64,000 bases of DNA, taken from Alphaproteobacteria bacterium. Its GTDB lineage: Bacteria > Pseudomonadota > Alphaproteobacteria > SP197. Each line of letters begins with the position of its first letter. Within the stretch, counting starts at the first letter, position 1. Of this stretch, positions 41,152 through 51,607 are shown in pieces. The stretch covers positions 271,510-335,509 of the forward strand of contig OZ219746.1 in NCBI GenBank assembly GCA_964291265.2. Direction: 5' to 3'. The notes under the pieces were generated by a model. It did not search any database. It saw only the letters and a list, made by a program, of their open reading frames with translations, and was not told where the DNA came from. The position numbers and the translations under genes were made by a program.

Positions 41152-42069
41152 TCAGCCGCGGCGTGGCGGCTTCTTGAGCCCTTCGAGCATCACTGCCAGG
41201 TTCTCGTCGCGCCAGCGTTCGAGATCATCGATGTCGAGATGGCCGTACATGGCGTCGACGGCACCGACGAGTTCCATCCGCGCTCTCTCGCTGCGCTTCC
41301 AGCCGAAGTGGTCGATCATGTGGCGAACGCCCCCCTTGCCACCACCGAGGTGATAGCACGTCACCGGACCGGCGAAGGCCCATCTCAGCCCCGGGCCTGC
41401 CGTCATGGCCGTATCGATGTCCTGGTAGGTGCAGACTCCCTCATCCACGAGGGCCGCTGCCTCCTCGAAGACGACGTGCTGAAGGCGGTTGGCGATGTAG
41501 GCTTCGATCTCGCGGCGGAGAGTAAGCGTCTTCTTGCCGACGGATTCGTAGAATGCCGCAGCCCACGCCACGACATCACCGGCTGTCCCGCTGCCCGCGA
41601 CCACCTCCACGAGAGGCACGAGGTAGCTGGGCGCGAAGGGGTGGCCGATGATGACCCTTTCGGGGTGCCGGCAACGCGACTGGAGACGTGACGGCAGGAA
41701 GGCCGATGACGAACTCGCCAGCACCGTTTCGGCCGGAGCGGCAGCATCCATGGCCTCGAACAGCGCAATCTTGAGATCCTCGCGATCGGGTGCGCTTTCC
41801 TGGACGAAGTCGGCGCTCTCCACCGCTTCCTCCATGGAACCCGCGAAGCGGAAACGTTTCCTGGATGCGCCCTCGGCCAGTCCGAGACGTTCAAGAAAGG
41901 GCCAGGCCTGGTCGATGATGCGCCGCGCGCTGGCTTCACCCTCGGGTGCAGGATCGCTCATCACCACGTCACGGCCTGCCGCCAGAAAGGCGGCGGCCCA
42001 TCCGGCACCGATGTAGCCGCCACCGACGCAGGCGATGTTCGTGGTTCTCTCCGGAGCGGGTCGTGTCAT
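41152..42069 (-). CDS. 3-hydroxyacyl-CoA dehydrogenase family protein (carnitine-dehydrogenase-like)
   Basis: IACVGGGYIGAGWA NAD-binding motif. 305 aa. ATG overlaps the hldD stop (ATGA). Confidence 0.75.
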   Translation of the reverse strand: MTRPAPERTTNIACVGGGYIGAGWAAAFLAAGRDVVMSDPAPEGEASARRIIDQAWPFLERLGLAEGASRKRFRFAGSMEEAVESADFVQESAPDREDLKIALFEAMDAAAPAETVLASSSSAFLPSRLQSRCRHPERVIIGHPFAPSYLVPLVEVVAGSGTAGDVVAWAAAFYESVGKKTLTLRREIEAYIANRLQHVVFEEAAALVDEGVCTYQDIDTAMTAGPGLRWAFAGPVTCYHLGGGKGGVRHMIDHFGWKRSERARMELVGAVDAMYGHLDIDDLERWRDENLAVMLEGLKKPPRRG

Positions 42070-43061
42070 CGCTGTCCTCCTTGGTGGCTGGCCGGCGCGC
42101 CGGCCAGACTGATTGCGACGTGATCGGCGATGCCGTCTTCGAGAGACGTGAACGGCTTCGTGTACCCGGCTTCACGGAGCCGGTCCATGCGGGCCCGGGT
42201 GCAGTACTGATAGCGCCCATCGAGTGCCGCTGGCATGTCGACGAACGTGATTCTGGCTGGACGGGCGAGCGCCCTGAACATGGCATGGCCGAGATCCAGC
42301 CACGTCCTTGCCTCGCCGGTCCCGAGATTGAAGATGCCGCTGACGGTCGGGTTGTCGAGCAGCCACATGACCACATCGACACAGTCCCTGACATAGATGA
42401 AGTCGCGTTTCTGGCCGCCATCGGCATAGTCCGGATGACGGGACCGGAAGAGCCTGAGCGGCTTGCCGGCAGCGATGTCGGGAAGGGTTTTCGAGACCAC
42501 GCTTGCCATGGCGCCCTTGTGCTCCTCTCCAGTTCCATAGACGTTGAAGAAGCGCAGGCCGGCCCATTGCGGCGGCATCGTGCGGCCGGCGTCACGCTCG
42601 CGGATCAAGAGCCGGTCGAACAGCAGCTTGCTGGCCCCGTAGGGGGTGATGGCGGTAAGGGCCTCCATGGCGACAGTGCTTTCGTCGTCGTCGAATCCCC
42701 GCGCGCCGTCGCCGTAAACCTGTGCCGAGGAAGCGTAGATGAACGGCACGCGACGGGCGACGCACCAGTCCATGAGCCGGAGCGTCAGCAGGACATTTGT
42801 CTTCATGAGGAGATCGACATCCGTCTCCGTGGTGGCCGATATGGCTCCCATGTGGATGACGGCATCCAGCGAACGTCGGCCATCGAGCCAGGCGGCGAGG
42901 GAGTCGGGACCGATCATCTCCAGGACCTGGGCGCCGGCGATGTTGCCGAGCCTGGGGTCGTCGAGGTGGCGGTCGCACACGACAAGCGGCACACTTGCCG
43001 CAGCGAGCGCCCGGACGATGTTGGAGCCGATGAAGCCGGTGCCGCCGGTAACAAGGATCAA
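42066..43061 (-). CDS. hldD: ADP-L-glycero-D-manno-heptose 6-epimerase
   Basis: (M)ILVTGGTGFIGSN Rossmann start, reached from TTG at 43061, which overlaps the gmhA stop. YGASK catalytic motif. Confidence 0.85.
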   Translation of the reverse strand: MILVTGGTGFIGSNIVRALAAASVPLVVCDRHLDDPRLGNIAGAQVLEMIGPDSLAAWLDGRRSLDAVIHMGAISATTETDVDLLMKTNVLLTLRLMDWCVARRVPFIYASSAQVYGDGARGFDDDESTVAMEALTAITPYGASKLLFDRLLIRERDAGRTMPPQWAGLRFFNVYGTGEEHKGAMASVVSKTLPDIAAGKPLRLFRSRHPDYADGGQKRDFIYVRDCVDVVMWLLDNPTVSGIFNLGTGEARTWLDLGHAMFRALARPARITFVDMPAALDGRYQYCTRARMDRLREAGYTKPFTSLEDGIADHVAISLAGAPASHQGGQR

Positions 43062-43651
43062 GGCGAAGGTTCCCGGGCGTGGCCGAGCTCGCTTTCGATG
43101 GCGCCGCACAACATCTGCCCCAGCATGATGTGAACCTCCTGGATGCGTGCGGTGACGGTGCCGGGCACCAGAAGGAGAGGGTCGGCAAGGTGTGGCAGGG
43201 CGCCTCCGTCGCCGCCTCCGAGTGCCGCGGCGACGAGTCCCTGGGCCTTCGCCTGTTCGAGGCCTCGTATGACATTGGCGCTTCTGCCCGAGGTGGAGAG
43301 TGCGATGGCCACATCCCCGGGCCGGCCCAGGGCCTCGATCTGGCGTGAGAAGATTCTCTCGAAGCCCATGTCGTTTCCCGCGGCCGTGATGGCCGAGGTG
43401 TCGGTGGTGAGCGCCAGGCCGGCGATGGCGGGCCGGTCGCCGACGTAGCGCACGGTGAGTTCCGTGGCGAGGTGCTGGGCATCCGCCGCGCTGCCGCCGT
43501 TGCCGAAGAACAGGATCTTGCCGCCGCCCTTCAGGCCCAGGGCGCAGGCCTCCACCAGCCTGGCGAAGGGCACGGCGAGCGCATGACGGGCCTCTTCTGC
43601 CACCGCCAGGTGCTCGTCGATTTCACGTTCGAAGTAGTGCCTGAGGTCCAT
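43058..43651 (-). CDS. gmhA: D-sedoheptulose-7-phosphate isomerase
   Basis: SIS domain: GGKILFFGNGGSAADAQH...ALSTSGRS. Start taken at MDLRHYFEREI (43651). Confidence 0.9.
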   Translation of the reverse strand: MDLRHYFEREIDEHLAVAEEARHALAVPFARLVEACALGLKGGGKILFFGNGGSAADAQHLATELTVRYVGDRPAIAGLALTTDTSAITAAGNDMGFERIFSRQIEALGRPGDVAIALSTSGRSANVIRGLEQAKAQGLVAAALGGGDGGALPHLADPLLLVPGTVTARIQEVHIMLGQMLCGAIESELGHAREPSP

Positions 43652-44300
43652 GGTCAGGGGTGTCGGGGTGTCGGACTCGAGAGTTGACGAGAAACGGCAG
43701 GTGGGCGACCGCATCGGCGGGTGCGCTCACGGCGTGGACCTGGTAGCAGGGGCCCGGTTCACCGAACCCGAGGGCGCGTTGCCGCTCTCCTCTGCTGTAG
43801 CCGTCGCCCACCATGAAGCCTCCGGCGAGGCCGGCGGCGTGTCCGGCCTCGATGTCGGTTTCGCGGTCACCGATGATCCAGCTGGCTGCCCGATCGATGC
43901 CCAGCGCGGTGGCTGCCGCCAGCAGCATGCCGGGGCGTGGCTTGCGCATGAGCGAGTCCCCTGGCCCGAACGGTGACGCGAGGACACCGTCCCAGTGAAC
44001 TCCTGCACGACTGAGACGTCGCGCGATTTCCACCTGGACCGCGGCGAAGTCCTCCCAGCGGAAGAGGCCACGGCCTATGCCCCCCTGGTTGGTGACGACA
44101 ATGACGGCGACGCCACGGGCATTCGCGCGGCCCATGATGTCGGTGATCCCGGCGACGAGGCGCACCTTGTCCGGCTCGTGGAGATAGCCTGTTTCCTCGA
44201 CGATGACGCCGTCGCGGTCAAGGAAGAGGGCGGGTCCGGAACTCCTGCGCAAGGCGTACTCGCGCCAGGTTCCGTCCTCGTGGAGGGGCCAGGGACTCAT
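43623..44300 (-). CDS. gmhB: D-glycero-D-manno-heptose 1,7-bisphosphate 7-phosphatase (HAD)
   Basis: ALFLDRDGVI (the DxD HAD motif), VTNQGGIGRG and IGDRETD. ATG at 44300 overlaps the upstream stop (ATGA). Confidence 0.85.
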   Translation of the reverse strand: MSPWPLHEDGTWREYALRRSSGPALFLDRDGVIVEETGYLHEPDKVRLVAGITDIMGRANARGVAVIVVTNQGGIGRGLFRWEDFAAVQVEIARRLSRAGVHWDGVLASPFGPGDSLMRKPRPGMLLAAATALGIDRAASWIIGDRETDIEAGHAAGLAGGFMVGDGYSRGERQRALGFGEPGPCYQVHAVSAPADAVAHLPFLVNSRVRHPDTPDHGPQALLRT

Positions 44301-45016
44301 GGCGTCTGGAGGAGTTCCGCTTCCCCGCGGGCCAGGACCAGGGCCGTCAGCACGTCTGTGATGACGGCCCCCGTATCGATGCCGATCCTGTTGGCCCGGA
44401 TGTCGGGCCCTTCCCACGAGATGGTGTGGCCATGCACGACGAGCCATCCGTGGTCTTCAGACGACTCGAGAAATTCCTCGCGGATCCACAGGAGATCCTC
44501 GGGATCCTGGTCGTGGAGCGCGACACCTGGACGGATTCCCGCGTGCACGAAGAGGACGCCATCGATGATCTGGTGGAGTTTCAGCGCATGAAGGAAGGTG
44601 CGATGGTGTTCCGGCATGGCGTGGCGCAGCTGGCATCCGGCGCCCGCTCCGGGTTCGACGTTGTAGGAGAGCAGGGTCTGGGCGCCGCCCAGACGATGGA
44701 TCCACCACAAGCCGTCGTCCCAGCCTTCCATGAAGTCGATCACACAGGCGTCGTGGTTGCCCATGAGGAAGACCCGTTCGAATCCGTCATCGTCCCCGGT
44801 TGCACGGGAGAGGAAGTCGATCACGCCGGCCGAGTCGGGACCACGGTCCACGTAGTCACCGAGGAAGACGATGTAGCGCCGCCGCTGCGTCCTCGTCGCA
44901 GCATCCTCGAGGATCCTCCGGTGAAGGCGAAGCAGAAGATCCAGGCGTCCGTGAACGTCCCCAACGGCGTAGACGAGCGTGTCGGGACCGATGGATGCGG
45001 CAGGCGGCCAGGTCAT
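44297..45016 (-). CDS. PPP-family metallophosphoesterase (Ser/Thr phosphatase, PrpA/ApaH-like)
   Basis: GDVHG, GDYVDRG, GNHD and VHGH motifs in the canonical order. Confidence 0.85.
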   Translation of the reverse strand: MTWPPAASIGPDTLVYAVGDVHGRLDLLLRLHRRILEDAATRTQRRRYIVFLGDYVDRGPDSAGVIDFLSRATGDDDGFERVFLMGNHDACVIDFMEGWDDGLWWIHRLGGAQTLLSYNVEPGAGAGCQLRHAMPEHHRTFLHALKLHQIIDGVLFVHAGIRPGVALHDQDPEDLLWIREEFLESSEDHGWLVVHGHTISWEGPDIRANRIGIDTGAVITDVLTALVLARGEAELLQTP

Positions 45017-46884
45017 CTCTTCGTCCCGCCGGACTCATCGAGGTGCCCGTGCTCGACGAGCCAGGACATCACCATGCCGGCGAGTTCGTCGGGTTGGTGT
45101 TCCGCCGACTTCAGCACGATCTCGGGGTCTTCGGGAGCTTCGTAGGCGGATCCGATACCGGTGAAGTTCTGCAGGTTGCCGGCGCGGGCCTTGCGGTAGA
45201 GACCCTTGGGGTCGCGCGCCTCGCACACATCGAGGGGCGTGTCGACGAACACCTCGACGAACTCTCCTTCGTCGACGAGTTCACGCGCCATCTGCCTTTC
45301 GGCCCTGAAGGGCGAGATGAAGGAGACGAGGACGATGAGTCCGGCGTCGACAAAGAGCTTGGCGACTTCGGCAATGCGGCGAATGTTCTCCACCCTGTCG
45401 ACATCGGTGAACCCGAGGTCCCGGTTCAGTCCGAAGCGGATGTTGTCTCCGTCGAGCAGGTAACTGTGACGCCCCATGGCGGCGAGCCGGCGTTCGACGT
45501 GATTGGCGGTGGTCGACTTGCCGGAACCCGACAGTCCGGTGAACCACAGGATGCAGGGTTTCTGGTGTTTCTGGGCGGCGCGCCGGTCCTTGCCGACATC
45601 GATGGCCTGGCGTTCCAGGTTCGTGGCCCGCCGCAAGCCGAAATCGATCATGCCGGCGGCCACGGTGCGGTTGGTGAACCGGTCGATGAGGATGAAGCTC
45701 CCCGTGTCGCTCACCTCGCCATAGGGGTCGCAGGCAATCGTCTGGTCCAGGGCCAGGTTGCAGTAGCCGATGTCATTGAGAGAGAGCGTCCTCGCCGCCA
45801 CGTGTTCGAGAGTGTCGACATGGATGAGGTGGCGCAGATCGGTGACTCTCGCGGTCGTCGTCCGGGTGCCCGACTTCAGGAGGTAGAGCCGCTCCGGCAG
45901 CAGGTCATTTTCGTCCATCCAGACGACATGGGCGGCGAACTGGTCGGTTGTCTGGGGTGGCCGATCCGCCGCGGCAAGGACATGCCCCCTTGCGATGTCG
46001 ATGTTGTCGGCGAGTTCCAGGGTGACCGATTCGCCGGCCCCGGCCGACTCGAGATCGCCGTCGAAGGTGATGATGCGGGAGACGGTCGATGACCTGAGAG
46101 AGGGGGCCGCCACCACGTCCATGCCCGGCGTTACCGTTCCCGAGACAATGAGGCCGCTGTAGCCCCGGAAGTCCTGGTCGGGCCGGTTGACTCTCTGGAC
46201 CGGCATGCGGAAGGGACCGGCCGCCGCGTTTCTGCCGGTGGCCGCCGATTCCAGGACCTCCAGCAGGGTTCGACTGCGATACCAGGACATGTCCGGCGAC
46301 CGTTCGAGCACGTTGGCGCCGGTGACGGCCGAGATCGGCACGGCATCCACGACTGCGAACCCGAGCCGCGCGGCGTGGTGTCGGAATCTCTCTTCGATCT
46401 CCCTGAACACTCCTTCCTCCCAGCTGACGAGATCCATCTTGTTGACTGCCAGGAGAACGTGGGGAATGCCGAGCAGGCTGGCAATGGCGGCATGGCGGAA
46501 GGACTGCGTGAGGACGCCTCTCCTCGCGTCGACAAGGATGAGGGCGAGGTCCGCGGTCGAAGCGCCGGTCGCCATGTTGCGGGTGTACTGGACGTGCCCT
46601 GGCGTATCGGCGACGATGAAGCGGCGCCGGGAGGTCCGGAAGCAGCGATAGGCGACATCGATGGTGATGCCCTGTTCGCGTTCGGCCTCGAGACCGTCGA
46701 CAAGGAGCGCCAGGTCGATCCCATCGCCACGGGTGCCCCAGATGCGGCTTGCCGCCTCGATGTCGGCGAGTTCGTCCTCGAAGATGAGCGCGGTGTCGTG
46801 GAGCAGGCGTCCGATGAGTGTCGACTTGCCGTCATCGACACTGCCGCATGTTACGAAGCGCAGGAGATCGACAGTGTCTTTCAT
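45013..46884 (-). CDS. cysNC: bifunctional sulfate adenylyltransferase subunit 1 / adenylyl-sulfate kinase (NodQ-like)
   Basis: N-terminal GTPase [15 protein letters not shown] and NKMD. C-terminal APS kinase [11 protein letters not shown]. 623 aa. Confidence 0.95.
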   Translation of the reverse strand: MKDTVDLLRFVTCGSVDDGKSTLIGRLLHDTALIFEDELADIEAASRIWGTRGDGIDLALLVDGLEAEREQGITIDVAYRCFRTSRRRFIVADTPGHVQYTRNMATGASTADLALILVDARRGVLTQSFRHAAIASLLGIPHVLLAVNKMDLVSWEEGVFREIEERFRHHAARLGFAVVDAVPISAVTGANVLERSPDMSWYRSRTLLEVLESAATGRNAAAGPFRMPVQRVNRPDQDFRGYSGLIVSGTVTPGMDVVAAPSLRSSTVSRIITFDGDLESAGAGESVTLELADNIDIARGHVLAAADRPPQTTDQFAAHVVWMDENDLLPERLYLLKSGTRTTTARVTDLRHLIHVDTLEHVAARTLSLNDIGYCNLALDQTIACDPYGEVSDTGSFILIDRFTNRTVAAGMIDFGLRRATNLERQAIDVGKDRRAAQKHQKPCILWFTGLSGSGKSTTANHVERRLAAMGRHSYLLDGDNIRFGLNRDLGFTDVDRVENIRRIAEVAKLFVDAGLIVLVSFISPFRAERQMARELVDEGEFVEVFVDTPLDVCEARDPKGLYRKARAGNLQNFTGIGSAYEAPEDPEIVLKSAEHQPDELAGMVMSWLVEHGHLDESGGTKR

Positions 46885-47781
46885 CTAGAAGTAGCCCTCT
46901 CGCTTCTTCCTTTCCATCGAACCCGACTGGTCGCGGTCGATCAGCCGTCCGGTTCTCTCGGAGGTTTTCAGCGCCCGCATTTCGTCAATGACCGCCGGAA
47001 CGCTGTCGGCCGCCGACTCGATGGCGCCAGTGAGAGGCCAGCAACCCAGGGTGCGGAATCTCACGCGCCGCATGGAGACGGTCTCGGTCCCCTCCAGCGC
47101 CATGCGGTCGTCGACGCGCATGATGAGCATGCCGTTGCGTTCGACGACGGGGCGCGGTGCCGCGAGGTAGAGAGGCACGATGTCGATTCCCTCGCTCTCG
47201 ATGTAACGCCAGACATCGGCTTCGGTCCAGTTCGACAGGGGGAAGACACGCATCGATTCCCCGGGTCCGACACGGGTGTTGTAGAGGTTCCAGAGTTCCG
47301 GCCTCTGGTCGCGGGGCTCCCAGCGATGGGCCGCGGAACGAAAGGAAAAGACCCGTTCCTTGGCCCGGGAGCGCTCCTCGTCCCTCCTGGCCCCCCCGAT
47401 CGCGGCGTCGAAGCCATGCCGGGTGAGCGCCTGCTTCAGTGCCTCGGTCTTCATCACCTCGGTGTGAAGGGCCGACCCGTGGACGAAGGGGGAAACGCCT
47501 CGATCGAGTCCCTGTCGGTTGACGTGGATGAGGAGTTCCATGTCGAGGTCGCGCGCCGTGCGGTCGCGAAAGTCGTACATCTCCGGGAACTTCCAGGTGG
47601 TGTCGACATGGAGCAGGGGAAAAGGCGGCCTCGAGGGATGGAAGGCCTTGCGCGCCAGGTGCAGCATCGCCGAGGAATCCTTGCCGATCGAATAGAGCAT
47701 GACCGGGCGGCGGAACTCGCCCGCCACCTCGCGCATGATATGGATGGATTCCGCCTCGAGCCGGCGCAGATGTGAAAGCAT
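46885..47781 (-). CDS. cysD: sulfate adenylyltransferase subunit 2
   Basis: [15 protein letters not shown]...SIGKDS PAPS-reductase-fold motif. It abuts cysNC with no gap. Confidence 0.95.
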   Translation of the reverse strand: MLSHLRRLEAESIHIMREVAGEFRRPVMLYSIGKDSSAMLHLARKAFHPSRPPFPLLHVDTTWKFPEMYDFRDRTARDLDMELLIHVNRQGLDRGVSPFVHGSALHTEVMKTEALKQALTRHGFDAAIGGARRDEERSRAKERVFSFRSAAHRWEPRDQRPELWNLYNTRVGPGESMRVFPLSNWTEADVWRYIESEGIDIVPLYLAAPRPVVERNGMLIMRVDDRMALEGTETVSMRRVRFRTLGCWPLTGAIESAADSVPAVIDEMRALKTSERTGRLIDRDQSGSMERKKREGYF

Positions 47782-47944
47782 GCCGCGAACCCTTACCCTG
47801 CAGTCACGTCCCGGGGCAGGGAGATGAGGACCATGACGCTATCCCGTGCCGCCGATCAGTTCAATCGCATGTCGCGCAGGCCTTTCAGGTTTCGGGAGGT
47901 GTGATGTAGGGTGAGCGCGTGGATCGTAGCCAGGCGGCAATCCG

Positions 47945-48880
47945 ATGACGACACGTTTCTACACGCACGACGCGTGCCTTGCCCACGATACCGGTCCTCA
48001 TCATCCCGAGAGGGCGTCGCGGCTGCAGACGATCCTCGCGACCCTTGATGACGGGAGATTTGCGGCCCTTGAGCGCGTCGTTCCGCATCCGGCGACACCC
48101 GATCACATCGCTCTCATGCACCCGGCGCCCTGGGTCGAGGCGGTACTGGGCGCCATTCCTTCCGCCGGTCACGGCCATCTCGATGCCGATACGGTGGTCT
48201 CGAGCGGTTCAGGTCATGCCGCCCTCGTCGCCGCCGGCGCTCTTGTCGAGGCGGTCGATGCGGTGGTGGCCGGGGAGGTGTGCAACGCCTTCTGTGCCGT
48301 TCGACCGCCAGGCCATCATGCCGAACAGACCCGCGCCATGGGTTTCTGCCTCTTCAATTCCGTTGCCGTCGGTGCTGCCCACGCCCGTGCCGCCCACGCC
48401 CTCCACAGGGTCGCGGTCGTCGACTTCGATGTCCATCACGGCAACGGCACCCAGGCAATGTTCTGGGACGAGGAGGGAATGTTCTACGCCTCGACCCACC
48501 AGTATCCCCACTACCCTGGAACCGGCAGCGAAGAGGAGACCGGTTGCCGGGACAACATCGTGAACGCCCCGCTTCGCCCGGGGTCGGGGAGCGATGCCTT
48601 CCGTGCCGCCATCGAGAATCGCGTCATCCCGGCTCTTGACGCCTTCCGTCCCGAGATGGTGTTCATTTCTGCGGGCTTCGATGCCCACGAGCGTGATCCG
48701 CTGGCCAGCATCAATCTGGTGGAAGAGGACTTCGCCTGGGTGACGGAGCGCCTGCTCGAGGTCGGCCGCCTTCACGCGGGAGGGCGTGTTGTGTCGGTGC
48801 TGGAAGGCGGGTATGACCTTGATGCGCTGGGGGCGAGCGCCGCCCGGCACATCGAGACTCTCATGGAGGCAGGGGAATGA
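47945..48880 (+). CDS. histone deacetylase family protein (acetylpolyamine/AcuC-like amidohydrolase)
   Basis: RPPGHHA, DFDVHHGNGTQ and EGGY motifs. Confidence 0.9.
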   Translation: MTTRFYTHDACLAHDTGPHHPERASRLQTILATLDDGRFAALERVVPHPATPDHIALMHPAPWVEAVLGAIPSAGHGHLDADTVVSSGSGHAALVAAGALVEAVDAVVAGEVCNAFCAVRPPGHHAEQTRAMGFCLFNSVAVGAAHARAAHALHRVAVVDFDVHHGNGTQAMFWDEEGMFYASTHQYPHYPGTGSEEETGCRDNIVNAPLRPGSGSDAFRAAIENRVIPALDAFRPEMVFISAGFDAHERDPLASINLVEEDFAWVTERLLEVGRLHAGGRVVSVLEGGYDLDALGASAARHIETLMEAGE

Positions 48881-49134
48881 CAGGCGTGGATGCGGAAGAT
48901 GACATGGCCTCGATGAGTTTCGAGACCGCCATGGCGGAACTCGAGACCATTGTCGCGCGTCTCGAGAAGGGCGAGGCGAAGCTCGACGAGGCGATCGGCG
49001 ACTACGAGCGGGGCGCTCTCCTGCGGCGGCACTGTGAAGCCAGGCTGAGGGAAGCCCGGGAGAAGGTCGAGAAGATCCGTCTTGGAGCCGACGGCAGCAT
49101 CGCTGCCGAACCGGAGTCTGTCGGAGAGGAGTGA
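48877..49134 (+). CDS. xseB: exodeoxyribonuclease VII small subunit
   Basis: FETAMAELETIVARLEKGEAKLDEAIGDYERG is the XseB signature. It overlaps the HDAC stop by 4 nt. Confidence 0.9.
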   Translation: MTGVDAEDDMASMSFETAMAELETIVARLEKGEAKLDEAIGDYERGALLRRHCEARLREAREKVEKIRLGADGSIAAEPESVGEE

Positions 49135-49138
49135 GACA

Positions 49139-50017
49139 GTGACCGGCCTGCCGGACATGCTGGAAAGGGGCGCGCGGAGCGTCGACCGGACACTCGAGGA
49201 ACTCCTGCCCCGGGCCTCCGGACCGGAGGGCAGGTTCCACGAAGCCATGAGGTATGCCGTTTTCAACGGCGGCAAGCGCCTTCGCCCGGTGCTCGCGACA
49301 CTCTCTGCCGCGGTGTTCGGAATCACCGGGATCCGGGCCCTGAGGACGGCCGCCGCCGTCGAACTGATCCATTGTTATTCGCTGATTCACGACGATCTGC
49401 CCGCACTCGACAACGACGACCTGCGCCGCGGCCGGCCGACCTGTCATCGGGCCTTCGACGAAGCGACGGCGATCCTCGCTGGAGACGGATTGCAGTCGCT
49501 GGCCTTCGATGTCCTGGCGCATCCGGCGACGCACGAGGATGCGGAGGTGCGCATCGGCCTTGTTCGCGCCCTTGCCCATGCCTCCGGTTGCATCGGCATG
49601 ATAGCCGGTCAGGCGATCGACATGGCGGCCGAGCACATAACCCTCGATGTGCCCGGCATCAGGCGCCTGCAGGCTCTCAAGACCGGTGGGCTCTTCGTGT
49701 TCGGCGCCCGGGCCGGCGCCATCCTCGCCCGGGCCGATGAAGCTGCGATGATCGCCTTTGGCAGGGATCTCGGAACGGCCTTCCAGATCACCGACGACAT
49801 CCTCGATGTCGAGGGCGACGAGCAGAAAGTGGGCAAGGCAACCGGCAAGGATGCGGGCGCCGGCAAGGCGACCCTGGTCGAGGCCCTGGGACTGGAGGCG
49901 GCACGCCGCAGGGCGGTCGAACTCTCCGAACGGGCGATCGATGCCCTCGAGACGTTCGGGGAGACGGCCGACGGCCTGCGTGACATGGCGCGGTTTGCTG
50001 TTCATCGACAGGTCTGA
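49139..50017 (+). CDS. ispA: polyprenyl (farnesyl/geranylgeranyl) diphosphate synthase
   Basis: FARM LIHDDLPALDNDDLRRG and SARM ITDDILD. GTG at 49139 follows a GGAGAGGAG Shine-Dalgarno. Confidence 0.9.
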   Translation: MTGLPDMLERGARSVDRTLEELLPRASGPEGRFHEAMRYAVFNGGKRLRPVLATLSAAVFGITGIRALRTAAAVELIHCYSLIHDDLPALDNDDLRRGRPTCHRAFDEATAILAGDGLQSLAFDVLAHPATHEDAEVRIGLVRALAHASGCIGMIAGQAIDMAAEHITLDVPGIRRLQALKTGGLFVFGARAGAILARADEAAMIAFGRDLGTAFQITDDILDVEGDEQKVGKATGKDAGAGKATLVEALGLEAARRRAVELSERAIDALETFGETADGLRDMARFAVHRQV

Positions 50018-50026
50018 ATCTCCTGC

Positions 50027-50776
50027 ATGGCACGAACCGGCCGCCAGCGTGTCGATCAACTTCTGGTCCATCGGCAGCTGGCGCCGAGTCGGACACGGGC
50101 GCAGTCGCTGGTCATGGCGGGCGCAGTCTTCAGCGGCTCGAGACGGATCGACAAGCCCGGTGACCTGGTGTCTGTCAACAGCGTCATCGAGGTGCGCAGG
50201 CCGGACCATCCCTGGGTGTCGCGGGGAGGCCTCAAGCTCGAGCATGCGCTCGATCACTTCGCCATCGATGTCCAGGGTGTCCTCGCCCTCGACCTTGGAG
50301 CATCCACCGGCGGGTTCGTGGATGTCCTGCTCGCCCGACATGCGGCGCGCGTCTGGGCCGTCGATGTCGGCAAGGGACAGCTTGCCTGGCGACTGCGCCA
50401 GTCTCCCCGCGTCACCGTGTTGGAAGGCGTCAACGCTCGTGCCCTCGATGCGACACTCATCCCCGAACCGCCCGGCATCCTCGTCGCCGATCTCTCGTTC
50501 ATTTCGCTGATGACCGCGCTGCCGGCGTCCCTGTCGCTGGCGGCTCCCGCCTCTCACCTCATCGCTCTCATCAAGCCCCAGTTCGAAGCCGGCCGGGAAC
50601 GTGTCGGCAAGGGCGGCATCGTCCGCGATCCGGAGGTGCACCGGGAAGTCTGCACCAGCATCCGCACCTGGCTCGCCGACACCATGGGCTGGCACGCCCT
50701 CGGCATCGTCGAGAGTCCGATCACCGGCCGCAGCGGCAACCGCGAATTTCTCATCGCCGCCCGCAAGCCCGGTTGA
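50027..50776 (+). CDS. tlyA: TlyA family rRNA (cytidine-2'-O)-methyltransferase
   Basis: S4 domain RVDQLLVHRQLAPSRTRAQ and FtsJ-like LDLGASTGGF. Confidence 0.9.
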   Translation: MARTGRQRVDQLLVHRQLAPSRTRAQSLVMAGAVFSGSRRIDKPGDLVSVNSVIEVRRPDHPWVSRGGLKLEHALDHFAIDVQGVLALDLGASTGGFVDVLLARHAARVWAVDVGKGQLAWRLRQSPRVTVLEGVNARALDATLIPEPPGILVADLSFISLMTALPASLSLAAPASHLIALIKPQFEAGRERVGKGGIVRDPEVHREVCTSIRTWLADTMGWHALGIVESPITGRSGNREFLIAARKPG

Positions 50777-51125
50777 CCCCTCCCGGTGATCAGTTCCGCA
50801 TCGCAGTTCGGCCAGACATGCCAATGGGTGTCCGAGGGATGAGCCGCCCTCGGTGAAGGCGACACCGGCATGGGCCGCCATGCCAAGAGCGCCCGAACCG
50901 CCACCACCGATGTCGACAAGACCCTCGGAGACCCTCGGTCGCCTCCAGGCCATTGTCATTCAAGAACGTCGTGTCCTGGACGACAAAAGAAAAGCCCTGC
51001 ATACGAACGCGCGACGTCAAGAGACTCGAACGGAGTTCAGCGTGGGATCACCCTGAACAAGAGCCGAGTTCCGTTGACGGTCACGGGATCCATCCTCATA
51101 CTCGCGCAAACAGGAGTTTTCCGGG

Positions 51126-51602
51126 GTGCGGTTCAAGATCGCCATGCAAGAGCGTTTCGTGGACGACGTAGCGGCCCGAGATAAGTATTCGTCGTTCCAT
51201 CGTCATCTCCTTTCCATGCGTCCGGAACCGGAATGGCGGACAACCTTCGGCGCGCTTGAAGCGGTTCTCGGCAGCCGACTGCCTGTTTCGACACAACCGC
51301 GCCGGCCCTTGTGGTCCAACCCGAGGATGGACAATGATCATTCGCTGGCGCAGCAGGCGGCGAGATGGCGTTTGCAGAACGGGGGCATCAAAACGAGGAC
51401 GACTGTGCTCGCGTTCCAGGAGATGCCGCCGGAACCGAACACGGTGCCCGTGCGACAGCAGGGATTCTCTATCCGGGAGATTCTGCCTCCCTATGATCCC
51501 GGACCCTGGCCCGACGGCTTCACGATGAGCCGTGAGCAAATCTACGACGACATGGGGCGCTTGACCGGAGGACACGAGGACATGCCCGGTGACAACCACT
51601 GA
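51126..51602 (+). CDS. antitoxin-like partner of the downstream PIN toxin, atypical two-module protein
   Basis: 158 aa from GTG, with AGGAG 9 nt upstream. The stop lies 5 nt before the PIN gene. The N-terminal module is DKYSSFHRHLL...FGALEAVLGSRLPVS...LWSN. The C-terminal tail is PWPDGFTMSREQIYDDMGR. No RHH, AbrB or HTH motif recognised. Confidence 0.55.
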   Translation: MRFKIAMQERFVDDVAARDKYSSFHRHLLSMRPEPEWRTTFGALEAVLGSRLPVSTQPRRPLWSNPRMDNDHSLAQQAARWRLQNGGIKTRTTVLAFQEMPPEPNTVPVRQQGFSIREILPPYDPGPWPDGFTMSREQIYDDMGRLTGGHEDMPGDNH

Positions 51603-51607
51603 CCGGC

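Noticed and set aside
48209-50959. 916-aa ORF on the minus strand, the second-longest ORF in the track
   Set aside because: It runs antisense to four well-supported genes (HDAC, xseB, ispA, tlyA). Its composition is Arg/Gly/Ala/Pro-rich with no motif, which marks it as a classic high-GC shadow frame.
51015-51045. TTCGAGTC-containing stretch (minus strand) resembling a tRNA T-loop, considered as a tRNA fragment or att site at the island edge
   Set aside because: The five bases either side of the putative T-loop are not complementary (CTCCG / CTCTT). No acceptor or anticodon arms could be built, so it is not a tRNA or a convincing tRNA 3' fragment.
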